Assembly: GCA_030747675.1 (NCBI GenBank)
Contig: JASLKH010000099.1
Location: 1-41,019 of the forward strand
From: Candidatus Thalassarchaeaceae archaeon
GTDB taxonomy: Archaea > Thermoplasmatota > Poseidoniia > Poseidoniales > Thalassarchaeaceae
DNA: 41,019 bases
Direction of reading: 5' to 3'
Both the position numbers and the translations under genes were made by a program. Below are positions 27,301-34,629 of this stretch, piece after piece. The notes beneath the pieces are model-generated. The model was not told where the DNA came from and ran no database searches. It saw only the letters and a list, made by a program, of their open reading frames with translations. Positions within the stretch are counted from its first letter, which is position 1; every line of letters begins with the position of its first letter.

Positions 27301-28384
27301 TGCGTATTTCAGAATTTGTACCTGCGTTAGTCAAATCGACTTGCCCCTGTAAAACACCCACTGCATTGTTACTATATTGACAAGTTCCAGTCACAACATA
27401 GCAACCATGGTGCCAATATCCGGTTGCACCGCCAACGTTTGTCAAACTGACATCGTCAATGAACCAACCTGGCCGACCTGGACTGTTGACATCAGTAGAT
27501 ATGCGGAATCTGATTTTTAGTGCAACTGAGTTGTTAATCCCTGTCAAATTGTCGAGAAGGAATAAATCGTTTGTCCAGCCTGTGGAATTTGGATTAGACC
27601 AAGCTGGGAATGTTGTGCTATTGTTTGGGGTCGCAGATGGTGCCGCAGATGTTGAGAGGGTGACATTCGAATTGTAACCACCAACTGGTTCGAGCCAAGA
27701 CCATGGTCCACTGTCTAGTTTATATTCAACCCAGACAGCATCGTTTGGCCCTGTGTGGCGCCAATTGTCAAGACTCAAATTGAAGTGATTAATTGGAGAA
27801 GGGATTGTGATTGAAGGTGACCTAATTGCTGCGATTTGTCCAGCTGGGACTGCCCCGTCCATGATTGTAGCCGCGACAACCGAGCCTGAATTTGCAGAGG
27901 CAGGAATGTCACCATAACTCATTTGTCTTGTTTGACCCACTCTTGTGCCATTGGTAACCGATCCGGGCAAACCTGGTTCCCAAATTGAAGTGTTCCCAAA
28001 CTCTGGCCAGTTATTGAATGTCATTTGTGCAGTACCAGAAAATGTCTCGATTTGGCTTACTGCTTGGTCGGGTTCAAGGGATAACCGACCGCCAAAGTGA
28101 TCCATAGTTGAACTAGAAAATTGTCCTACCGTGAAATTGTTTGTTGTATCCACACGCCATTCACTACCGTTGTTTGCATAAATCATCTCTTCATCAACAG
28201 TCATCCAACTATTCAGAACTGTGGCATTACCTGGTACATTCCAACCATCAACGGTTACTGTTTGCCCATTGGATGTGATTTTGTTGGGTCCAATCCATTG
28301 GCTTGTGTCTGCTGAGGCCCAAGGAACTGAGACCATCATCAAAGTCAGTAATATACTCAGAATAAATTTCCGTTCTGCTGTCAT
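21347..28384 (-). CDS. Giant (~2,345 aa) type-I membrane surface protein: jelly-roll/immune-inhibitor-A-like and CARDB-like ectodomains, one TM helix, cytoplasmic EF-hand modules and a SAP-like domain
   Basis: Signal peptide ending WASA; repeated GWFIDDV / DGWYVDDV ends; FRNNGMRSGSINVQL; TM ALLGIIAFAIGAAAILLLVIVMRR; loops DRDRDGFLDASE and DSDENGYLKQSE; C-terminal LKRMKKAELVSLAEERNLGTSGTKADIIARL. Confidence 0.85.
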   Translation of the reverse strand: MTAERKFILSILLTLMMVSVPWASADTSQWIGPNKITSNGQTVTVDGWNVPGNATVLNSWMTVDEEMIYANNGSEWRVDTTNNFTVGQFSSSTMDHFGGRLSLEPDQAVSQIETFSGTAQMTFNNWPEFGNTSIWEPGLPGSVTNGTRVGQTRQMSYGDIPASANSGSVVAATIMDGAVPAGQIAAIRSPSITIPSPINHFNLSLDNWRHTGPNDAVWVEYKLDSGPWSWLEPVGGYNSNVTLSTSAAPSATPNNSTTFPAWSNPNSTGWTNDLFLLDNLTGINNSVALKIRFRISTDVNSPGRPGWFIDDVSLTNVGGATGYWHHGCYVVTGTCQYSNNAVGVLQGQVDLTNAGTNSEIRIQMEWDLEGSLYDNFCIELSPNNQTWTDISSSTSATTTACRSRSGAIPGSGYTINGVNYGDETNGFVTLALGIPTSFQNSGLTDIAVRVETDSSVQYGGTTDGQEGLTLDRISVVSSTGTVLDDDTLSNSNTMWTAIAGDWNYISIGAGALALSYGYEDSQAGAPNGPPTGWSSTGDWDFGPLQGQPTEGPTSWTSAPFGWGTNLQSGYSGSNWDHLFSPSYAIPAGASARLTFSHWMCSESGYDGGAVFISTDNQTWTHFDPGNNWYDTTGLSFNTGANLASVGIFNGANVVGTGFNCQGPHNFWSTKEADLTTYSGQTVWFRFSFESDSIISYDGWYVDDVGLEVDYFLDEGGWISDVLALDDIGLGFIDIDGTIPIDTWATGSVLDVSGNVIAGFDNVSFPISLHGLDRASHANGIRIQINMGTDDPFLTPLIDAVHVGSVRTFDARGPGNGWNVNSNLDLWESNLTNNGSAVLQINSPFIHSSRPVTAVDFAGVGSQITLRAVDSNGNVIGTSGLTGTIQFPDPQPGFGVRIEVNPNGHISSLWAEGDMAQPAINPEADVTGDGTVDWEFPIGPSYGAHGWQQFIHEAADGTVSTSQNQQLTSDLDMFANQVETVSVLIPGDAIVTSGAISIYCDPCIAPVNLSIGSSSITSFGSGLNTASLSPTQIAHINMIPPQSGLQNNRDWRIVELNMSSNLPTTIAQVGEVRSITLGYSISENLTTLTQQVIDYHAAAVLAGSPTSVDIPIAYTADKGAVVIGGGVYHELMITNYPFSAPGTMYPNGDVTEITTRHRHLYDNTEISKISLTGYASDGTSIIFEVADPAGSPTFSQISGSSQLPMEMDCSIVENGGILEVDWRFHVSWQWDDVANIAWSALAHNQTGVGIAPATAQTGGPGSQAIENDLEISGLTVYNQAGYDISNQFSPEYPFHVQSGEEVHVSGNVRFQNTPNLRPLQDDFAMIINNSGVETPLSTDGLGTFSGNVTLTSNSLSLLSPKIGRVGPITGSTGANDTTISPPAIEILTDNEAPVAGPILVSTSTGLLDANGYVWDPVSPLSVYITVSDAQDRSSEVTLNYWREGIDDLNADGTPQPDEYQTYPESLYTLRSGSQQVTFSNIPVGGNGFNGKVSMWISGTDWAGNSYQDGNTGGGPGFADDWATLQTAENTETVLLNTGFGLDSIDEHLLAGQVHTVSMTIQDANGVQTLDDVGVYLAGQVNAPLGEIHYDPRQDILTTVAGSFVTPLSAVVTPLSADTSKVDITFSVSWDMPSTQSHQVPGFTITDDMQIVTNVNNLNAIRWKLDNELTAVITNLEDLTPPVTTGSTTQIHVQEGDEVEVEGMIVYSTTNIPLEIPSENLSVLTQILFGSTTIERTVTVQEGGTFNSILVLPTRTPLTPEMPIQVVVLNLPGLATSDPNMDSTIVVDSEPPEVVFDPYRFPSSSLMYLESDRLDAVTIDLVIVDQGGFPTTPLEIEWAYLRVNGLPRMGMGGNSSLTFVDELDGQYHFTGIFDMNPAGDEKLSDGDYISIWASGIDLSGNDLTGEGTASTPRVPSFSLIEFEPELTGWDLNPDIPEYGGIIEINAIFRNNGMRSGSINVQLVEDIDGAMRTVDDNVTVNFTAKQSNRVATFEWEAWKSGEAKLFIIVDGDEFNSIAVEKIIIAEPESESLSDNAALLGIIAFAIGAAAILLLVIVMRRPSESMDDYDESDDIWYDDDGNEIDDLNGIRLDFEDETLSNTAARYSIHDKTAFLKHAQTYDRDRDGFLDASELEQAAKDFIEMLAKPMVSMESTYPLDFNNETVSHIIGKHHIFDKDAFLAHASGYDSDENGYLKQSELERAAEEYVASGLNQELSPSAPADPRELAIAEVVAALPDWSHKRASNWMDKGWSAEQIIAHHSPSETEAPPAAPVGFGSDYVAESPVVEEPVIEPEPEITEVEIIDSVATELPSEAALKRMKKAELVSLAEERNLGTSGTKADIIARLLG

Positions 28385-28389
28385 TGTAC

Positions 28390-28406
28390 CGACTCCTACG
28401 GAGTCG
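28390..28406. promoter_or_regulatory. Perfect 7-3-7 inverted repeat CGACTCC-TAC-GGAGTCG, 5 nt upstream of the giant gene start
   Basis: Read directly. Confidence 0.45.
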
Positions 28407-28469
28407 CGACTATTCGACGTTAGAAAGACCTTCGGGGGATGCATCAGACTTTGCGAGGCAAGAAAAAGG

Positions 28470-28541
28470 AGCCACTGGCGAGAATTGAACTCGCGACCTA
28501 CGCCTTACCAAGGCGTCGCTATACCTCTAAGCCACAGTGGC
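28470..28541 (-). tRNA. trnT: tRNA-Thr(GGT), no intron, CCA not encoded
   Basis: Reverse complement GCCACTG...CAGTGGC-T; anticodon arm ACGCC-TTGGTAA-GGCGT; T arm GCGAG-TTCAATT-CTCGC. Confidence 0.97.
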
Positions 28542-28657
28542 AGTATCATCGGCGACCTACGCCCTTGATTTAACGACTACGTAACTGGAATCGAGGAGAT
28601 AATTTGGGTGAAGTTCTCCATCACGCTCATATCGTAAAGGTTGCACGCCGGAACGCT

Positions 28658-28743
28658 GCCGAGATCGCATAGCCTGGTATCGCGCGTGACTGGAAATCAC
28701 GTGGGTTCGTCCCGCGGGAGTTCAAATCTCCCTCTCGGCGCCA
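28658..28743 (+). tRNA. trnS: tRNA-Ser(GGA) with long variable arm and encoded CCA
   Basis: GCCGAGA...TCTCGGC-G-CCA; anticodon arm CGTGA-CTGGAAA-TCACG; variable arm GGGTTCGTCCC; T loop TTCAAAT. Confidence 0.97.
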
Positions 28744-28794
28744 TTTCAATGGTTGAGAATTATATGTTGCCTCTGGAATCATAAACTGATAACC

Positions 28795-29376
28795 ATGCAG
28801 ATGTCACCCTTTGAATTCATCACAATCTTCTGTTCCTTAATACTTGGTTTAGCCCTCACACATATATTCGGTGCAGTGTCTGATTTGTACGAGATTCGAA
28901 AACGCGTCAAGACGTTTTGGCTCAATTCTCTCTGGGTCGGCACTGTGATTATGTGGGCTATTTACCAATGGTGGGGCCTTTGGGAACTTTCCATTAATCT
29001 AATCGAATGGACTTATGTGCAATACTGGTTCCTTGTGACCAATCTGGCCTCGATTTATTTCTTCACAACTCTTGTGTTACCCAAAGCCACAGACGAGGGA
29101 ATCATCGATTTAGAGGCCCACTATTATTCGGTTCACAAGGCCTTCTTCTCGATTGTTGCATTCTCGCTCTTCAGCTCAGCAGCAGTCAATTATTCACTAT
29201 TCGGTGAACCCCTGATTGGCGCAATGACAATCATGCCATCCATTGTAGGGTGTGCTGCAATAGGTGCTGCATTTACTGATTCCAGAACATATCACAAGGT
29301 CATTGGAATCTTCATTTTTGCCATGTTTATTGCATTCCAATTCACTGACAACATTGTAATCACATACGATGTTTGA
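28795..29376 (+). CDS. Uncharacterised multi-pass membrane protein of a type common in bacteria
   Basis: About 6 TM helices with the pattern FEFxxxxxSLILGLALT...W...QWW...W...LP...DLEAHYY...FF. Lies 51 nt after tRNA-Ser. Confidence 0.65.
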   Translation: MQMSPFEFITIFCSLILGLALTHIFGAVSDLYEIRKRVKTFWLNSLWVGTVIMWAIYQWWGLWELSINLIEWTYVQYWFLVTNLASIYFFTTLVLPKATDEGIIDLEAHYYSVHKAFFSIVAFSLFSSAAVNYSLFGEPLIGAMTIMPSIVGCAAIGAAFTDSRTYHKVIGIFIFAMFIAFQFTDNIVITYDV

Positions 29377-29404
29377 CCTAAGCAAGATTATCTGAAAATG
29401 ATAT

Positions 29405-29421
29405 TCTAGCCTACGGCTAGA
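29405..29421. other. Perfect 7-3-7 inverted repeat TCTAGCC-TAC-GGCTAGA
   Basis: Read directly in the 64-bp intergenic gap. Confidence 0.45.
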
Positions 29422-29440
29422 GGGATGGAGTCTTAATGCG

Positions 29441-30643
29441 ATGTTGTCGCACGGGATGTCGATGAGCGAGGATGACGCTGAGGAAGAGCCGGCTAATGCA
29501 GGCCTCGTTTTCCATGAAGGAATGCGTCTCACTACAATGAAAACCGCTCAAAATCTGTCTGTCGAATACCCGAAACTCGAACCGCTTCACCACATCAAGG
29601 TTGAACTTTTATTCCATTACCACAAAATACGAACAACTTGGACTTTGAGTCACTGGATCACCCTTGGCATAGGGTGCCTTGCAGTACTACTTTCTGGATG
29701 GGATTTGGGAATTGGTGAACTTACCAGTGGCGGTAGTTATGAAAATATTGGAGTCGGGCCGAATTCACAAGATTCTGGCATCCGAAATGTTGCGACTGCA
29801 TCCGTTGCTTTGGCGATGATTTCAATGGGTCTTTGGTTGATTTTCCTACTCAGGCTTTGGTCAATATTTCCCCTCATGCGTTCGCAAGCAATCAGTCTAT
29901 TTGTTGCCCTAATGGCTGCGCAAATAAGTCAATATTGGGCGCATGGTTATGACCCAGAATTCCCATTTGGATTGGAGTCATTTGCTGTTGCTGTAGCGGG
30001 AGTTGGAATTATTTTAATCGCCTTTGTCGGTTTCATTCTTCAACGCGCAGTTATGGAAACTCGGGATGTGCATGTTGAAGAAAGGCACTGGCATCCAGAT
30101 CCACGACAGATGGAATTAGCGACCCGGGACCACTCATTGTTTGCATGGGGAACTGCTTTGCTAGTCTATTGCATTCTAGTCATGTTTCACTCATGGTCTG
30201 GTGCACACTATGTCTCTATTCGACAACCAGGTGAAATAACTGGCTGGTGGATATTTAGTTTGATGTACATTTTATCAGGGTTTATTCTCGTTTGGCTAAT
30301 CATCCATATTTTGTGGTACCCACAAATTATGCTAGGATCTGGAGATATTCGGATTGAATCAGATCGGGCTCGCCAAGTCAGTAAAACTAGTACATCCACA
30401 TCTACTAATTCAGAACCAGTGTTACAAGGGAAATGCCCAAATTGTAGTGAGGCTAATTCGGTCCGGATTCTCTCAAATGGAGAAATTGAAACTGATTGCA
30501 TGGTAGATGGATGCAATAGTCAAGGCGTACCTGGGGCCAAATGTTCGAACTGTGGTGAGAGGTTGTCATCACGTGTCATTTGTGGTGCATGCCAAACAAG
30601 TGCTCCGGCTAAAGATTACTTTTCTGATAATGAAGCGTGGTGA
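29441..30643 (+). CDS. Multi-pass membrane protein with a C-terminal multi-Cys zinc-ribbon region
   Basis: About 6 TM helices followed by CPNC...CMVDGC...CSNC...CGAC. Exact start uncertain (29441-29462). Confidence 0.7.
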   Translation: MLSHGMSMSEDDAEEEPANAGLVFHEGMRLTTMKTAQNLSVEYPKLEPLHHIKVELLFHYHKIRTTWTLSHWITLGIGCLAVLLSGWDLGIGELTSGGSYENIGVGPNSQDSGIRNVATASVALAMISMGLWLIFLLRLWSIFPLMRSQAISLFVALMAAQISQYWAHGYDPEFPFGLESFAVAVAGVGIILIAFVGFILQRAVMETRDVHVEERHWHPDPRQMELATRDHSLFAWGTALLVYCILVMFHSWSGAHYVSIRQPGEITGWWIFSLMYILSGFILVWLIIHILWYPQIMLGSGDIRIESDRARQVSKTSTSTSTNSEPVLQGKCPNCSEANSVRILSNGEIETDCMVDGCNSQGVPGAKCSNCGERLSSRVICGACQTSAPAKDYFSDNEAW

Positions 30644-30647
30644 ATTC

Positions 30648-31877
30648 ATGGACGTTGCTGGTTTTCGCGAACACTTTCCAGTTCTTACAGAGGATAATTG
30701 TCCTGTCTATTTGGACAATGCATGCATGACACTTAGGCCGAAAACGGTCATCGATGCTGTCAGTGATTATTACACCAATAACCCGTCCTGTGCAGGTCGC
30801 TCCGTGCATCGGTGGGGAATGTCAATTTCGAGAATGGTTTCGCGAACACGGCGGAAGTTAGCCACCCATATTCATGCATCAAATCCCCAAGAAGTCATAT
30901 TCACATCAAATGCGACACACTCAATTAATCAAATTGCAAGTGGATTGAAATGGAAAAAGGGCGACGTTGTCATCACCAGTGACCGTGAGCATAATTCAAA
31001 CTTGATTCCTTGGTTACAAGCCAAAGAAAAATTTGGTGTGGAATTAAAAACAGTTCAAAGTCACCCCGATAATACATTTGATATCGAAGCTTTTGAAAAT
31101 GCATGTGCTGATGCTGGAGATTCACTTCGCCTAGTCTCCATGGTCCATGTGGGCAACTTAGACGGGGTCGAAATTCCTATCTCTGATGTATCGAAAATCG
31201 CGCATGACCACGGCGCCCTAGTCCATGCAGATGGGGCACAATCGGCCCCCCACATACCAATTGATGTTTCAGCACTGGGCTGTGATTTGTTCTCATTTAG
31301 TCTCCACAAAATGCTAGGCCCCACAGGTGTAGGAGCATTGTGGGGGCGCGAGGATGTTTTGAATGATTTTGAACCAATACTCGCAGGTGGTGGGACTGTT
31401 GAAGATGCAGACTCAATATCTTACAAATTACGCACCATACCCGATCGGTTGGAAGGTGGGCTAGGGCACTATTCCGGGATTTGTGGTACGGAAGCCGCAT
31501 TGGATTTATTGGCGCAGTATGACATGTCAGAATTTGCTGCTCAAGAAGTGAAATTAAATCAAATCATGAGTGATGGTATCCGTCACCTCCCTGAAGTGAG
31601 TATCATCGGTCCAGAGAATCCTGCACAGAGGGGTGGGATTTGCTCTATTTCACTACACAATCTTGATGTCCAAAATGTTGGCATCCTAATGGATGAAGTA
31701 AATTCAGTATTTGTTCGCGCAGGTTTACATTGTGTCAATCAATGGTTTAATTCTCAAAACCTTGAGCAGGGTAGTCTGAGGGCATCTGCATACGCATACA
31801 ATACAGAAGAGGAAGCGAAATGCTTCGCAGATACTTTCTGTGACATCGTTGACAGCCTTACAGGGAGGAGTGAGTAA
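30648..31877 (+). CDS. Class V aminotransferase, SufS/CsdA-like cysteine desulfurase
   Basis: YLDNAC, FTSNATHSIN, DGAQSAPH, FSLHKMLGPTG (PLP Lys) and VRAGLHC (catalytic Cys position). Start set at ATG 30648. Confidence 0.88.
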   Translation: MDVAGFREHFPVLTEDNCPVYLDNACMTLRPKTVIDAVSDYYTNNPSCAGRSVHRWGMSISRMVSRTRRKLATHIHASNPQEVIFTSNATHSINQIASGLKWKKGDVVITSDREHNSNLIPWLQAKEKFGVELKTVQSHPDNTFDIEAFENACADAGDSLRLVSMVHVGNLDGVEIPISDVSKIAHDHGALVHADGAQSAPHIPIDVSALGCDLFSFSLHKMLGPTGVGALWGREDVLNDFEPILAGGGTVEDADSISYKLRTIPDRLEGGLGHYSGICGTEAALDLLAQYDMSEFAAQEVKLNQIMSDGIRHLPEVSIIGPENPAQRGGICSISLHNLDVQNVGILMDEVNSVFVRAGLHCVNQWFNSQNLEQGSLRASAYAYNTEEEAKCFADTFCDIVDSLTGRSE

Positions 31878-33070
31878 TGGAAGATGTTGAGATCGCTTCC
31901 AATGATGAAGTAGCCTGGGCTGATTTAGAAATGCCAGCTGCCCCAGAATCAAGTGCAATTCGTCGATTCTACTCAGAATGGCCACTTGGGAAAATCATGC
32001 GCAGTGCTACATCTTTCGCACTTTTTTCCGTTTCAATTCTACTTACCGTCTGGGCTTTTGGCCTACTGACTGAAGGTATATTGGGAGGAGATGACGCCTA
32101 TCAGGTACAGCGAAAAGAATTTCGCGACCTAACTGGCTTTGACAGTGTAACTACAGACGGAAGTGGAGTTGCAGTCTGCATCGTTGATACCGGTATTGAT
32201 TTGTCACATCCAAATGTTCCAAATGATATTGTTGCAGGGTGGAAGGATTTCATCAATAGCAGAGATGCCCCCTATGACGATGGAGGGCATGGTACTTCCA
32301 TGGCAGGGATATTGATTGCAGATGATCATATTCCAGGAATGGCCCAAGGTGTGGAACTGTATGTTGCCAAAGCAATTGCCAAAACAGGGACTGGTACGGA
32401 TGAAGGCATCGCTAGCGCTGTTGACTGGTGCGTTGAACAAAATGTGGATGTTATTTCATTGAGCCTTGGTGGGTCGCAAGGTGTTGATTTCATAGTTGTT
32501 AATTTCGATAGTTTAGAAAATGCAGTCAATAATGCAATTGACCAAGGTATTTTCGTTGTTGCTGCTGCTGGAAACGATGGAGAAAATGATGATGGAGATG
32601 TGTCCAGCCCAGGTAGTGAAACTGATGTCATCTGCGTTGGCGGCATTGATTCAGATGGTGATATATGGAGTGGCTCATCCAAAGGTGACCAAGGAGTTAA
32701 CTTCCCAGAGCGATGGTTGCCTCGTAACGACCCTAACAAAAAACCGGAATTAGTTGCACCTGGTGAAAATGTGCCTGTACTTTGTGGAGATGCTTGCCAA
32801 AACAGTGGTGGTTTCGACTCAGATTATGTACTCAGTGATGGCACCAGTGCTGCAACTGTGTGGGTCACCGCTGCAATTGCTCACCTTTTAGAAATACGAC
32901 CAGATTTACAGCATGATGGAACTGCAGGTGGTAAAGACACTGTGTCTCAGGTAAAAACTTGGATCAAGGATACATCGACCCCCAGTCCCGAGCAAGGCGA
33001 GCATGATGACTACTATGGGTACGGGCATTTGCAAATAGACACTTTGCTACAAATTGCTGGTCAGGACTGA
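31877..33070 (+). CDS. S8 subtilisin-like serine protease with an N-terminal membrane anchor
   Basis: Catalytic motifs IVDTGID, GHGTSMAG, AAAGNDG and GTSAAT. Confidence 0.93.
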   Translation: MEDVEIASNDEVAWADLEMPAAPESSAIRRFYSEWPLGKIMRSATSFALFSVSILLTVWAFGLLTEGILGGDDAYQVQRKEFRDLTGFDSVTTDGSGVAVCIVDTGIDLSHPNVPNDIVAGWKDFINSRDAPYDDGGHGTSMAGILIADDHIPGMAQGVELYVAKAIAKTGTGTDEGIASAVDWCVEQNVDVISLSLGGSQGVDFIVVNFDSLENAVNNAIDQGIFVVAAAGNDGENDDGDVSSPGSETDVICVGGIDSDGDIWSGSSKGDQGVNFPERWLPRNDPNKKPELVAPGENVPVLCGDACQNSGGFDSDYVLSDGTSAATVWVTAAIAHLLEIRPDLQHDGTAGGKDTVSQVKTWIKDTSTPSPEQGEHDDYYGYGHLQIDTLLQIAGQD

Positions 33071-33804
33071 ATGAAACCTACCAAAGTCCCATTGAATAAT
33101 GGCACAAAACCAATCGAATGTGATTCATTCAATTCGTTGATAAGGGAAACCCATTCATTGAACTCAGAGACTCTGGATTGCTCGATTGTTTCAGGCCCAG
33201 ATTCCGGAATTTCTCCGACATCTGCGACAGGAACTTCTGGCTCGGCTGTCAAAATCAGACCACCAGGTTCCAGATTTTCCATGGCGATTCGTATTGTTTT
33301 AGCCAAACCATCCCAACCAACATTGACGATTATCAAATTAAAGGGGGTATGCAACAGTGGGGATTCTGTTCTGGCTGATTCTTCAATAGTTGCATGGGCC
33401 GCGTGCCATGAGGAATTTGCTGCAGATAATTCTTCAAAATTACCAACAGTAACATGGGCCCATGACTCAGCATCATAGCGACGAACTAAACGTGTTAGGA
33501 TTACACCGAATTTACCACCTTCCTCGACAAGGTGAAAATGCTCAGGAGGCTCAGTTCGATCCCAAAGATCGAGTAGCCATGAACTCAGATGACCAATTCC
33601 AGAACCAATTTCACATACTCGTTGGGGGCTAGTACGTGAAACAATGTCTCTAATTCGACGATTCAAACTCACTGGCATTGATGGAAGTTCCATGTGCAAC
33701 AATTGGGCACCGATTGAAGAGGCTATTTCCGGCTCATCACGCGGCTGGTCTGGGTTCTTTGCCAATAAAGCCCCAAGAAGGTCATCAATGGTATGCAGTT
33801 CCAC
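33061..33804 (-). CDS. Class I SAM-dependent methyltransferase-like protein
   Basis: Motif I VCEIGSGIG, an acidic residue after strand 2 (LVE), and the FNLIIV and LEPGGLIL segments. Confidence 0.7.
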   Translation of the reverse strand: MELHTIDDLLGALLAKNPDQPRDEPEIASSIGAQLLHMELPSMPVSLNRRIRDIVSRTSPQRVCEIGSGIGHLSSWLLDLWDRTEPPEHFHLVEEGGKFGVILTRLVRRYDAESWAHVTVGNFEELSAANSSWHAAHATIEESARTESPLLHTPFNLIIVNVGWDGLAKTIRIAMENLEPGGLILTAEPEVPVADVGEIPESGPETIEQSRVSEFNEWVSLINELNESHSIGFVPLFNGTLVGFIQS

Positions 33805-33863
33805 ATTAGGACCGGGGTCATGAGTGGGCTATGAACGCCTCGGACATGGGATGGCGTGAAATA

Positions 33864-33890
33864 CCCCCGTTTGGCCGGTCAAATCGGGGG
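33864..33890 (+). promoter_or_regulatory. Hairpin CCCCCG-TTTG-GCCGGT-CAAA-T-CGGGGG ending 5 nt before ATG 33896
   Basis: Read directly; the 3' arm holds the G-run at the ribosome-binding-site position. Confidence 0.4.
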
Positions 33891-33895
33891 CAGTC

Positions 33896-34612
33896 ATGGC
33901 CGACGACGAAATTGCAGATGATATTGAGGAAATCGAGAATGTGACTCGATGCCCTGGATGTAACACTCGTCAGGCCCATGATATCCTGAAAGAGAAAGAG
34001 TTGAAAGATGGCACTGGTGTAGATTACCTCCTTCGATGCAGCGGTTGTGGGAATGTACACACCATGGTTTTTCGGTCACCCAAAGCCATCATAGTGAAGT
34101 TCACATTATCTGATGGCCCTTCATCAAAACACTACCAAATGGAAATTGATGAGGATGAAGTATTCACAATAGGTGATGAATTTGATGCTGAGAATATGCT
34201 TTGGAGAATTACTCGTCTTGAAATCGATGGTGATGATCGACCTACTGAGACAGAAGCAAAAGAAGTGAAAATGGTATGGGCTATGCGAATTGATTTAGCA
34301 AGGATAAAACGAACTTTTTCCGATGGTGGAAAGTCTTTTGCCGATGTGATCGAAGTGGACCCTGACCGGGTATTCACTTGTGGAACTGTTGTCAAACATC
34401 GGGGAACCGTATGGAAAATTAGGGCCCTTCACTCAGGCGTAGGCCGAATATTGAATGGGAAAATGACTGCACGGGATATTCGTAGAATATTCCTACACCG
34501 CCCACCCACCCCTGAAGAAATCGAGGATAAGAAAATTCGTGATCGTGGGAATTGGAAAGGACAAGAATTTCCTGGTCGTGAAGAGCACCAACGCAAATGG
34601 CGTGATGAGTAA
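33896..34612 (+). CDS. HVO_0476-like archaeal zinc-finger protein
   Basis: CPGC...HDILKE...LLRCSGCGNVH followed by two similar beta-rich units (FTIGDEF...WRITRLE and FTCGTVV...WKIRALH). Confidence 0.7.
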   Translation: MADDEIADDIEEIENVTRCPGCNTRQAHDILKEKELKDGTGVDYLLRCSGCGNVHTMVFRSPKAIIVKFTLSDGPSSKHYQMEIDEDEVFTIGDEFDAENMLWRITRLEIDGDDRPTETEAKEVKMVWAMRIDLARIKRTFSDGGKSFADVIEVDPDRVFTCGTVVKHRGTVWKIRALHSGVGRILNGKMTARDIRRIFLHRPPTPEEIEDKKIRDRGNWKGQEFPGREEHQRKWRDE

Positions 34613-34629
34613 TCAAGTGGGGAATTCAA

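Noticed and set aside
28563-28640. Lineage-specific TATA variant T(C/T/A)AAGG (28569-28563, 28634-28640, 15353-15359, 2741-2735, 6501-6508, 18962-18969)
   Set aside because: It recurs, but distances to probable starts vary from about 15 to 60 nt, so it cannot be supported without mapped start sites.
28744-29440. attR-like duplicate of the tRNA-Ser 3' end marking a genomic island
   Set aside because: I found no copy of CTCTCGGCGCCA downstream and no integrase in the window.
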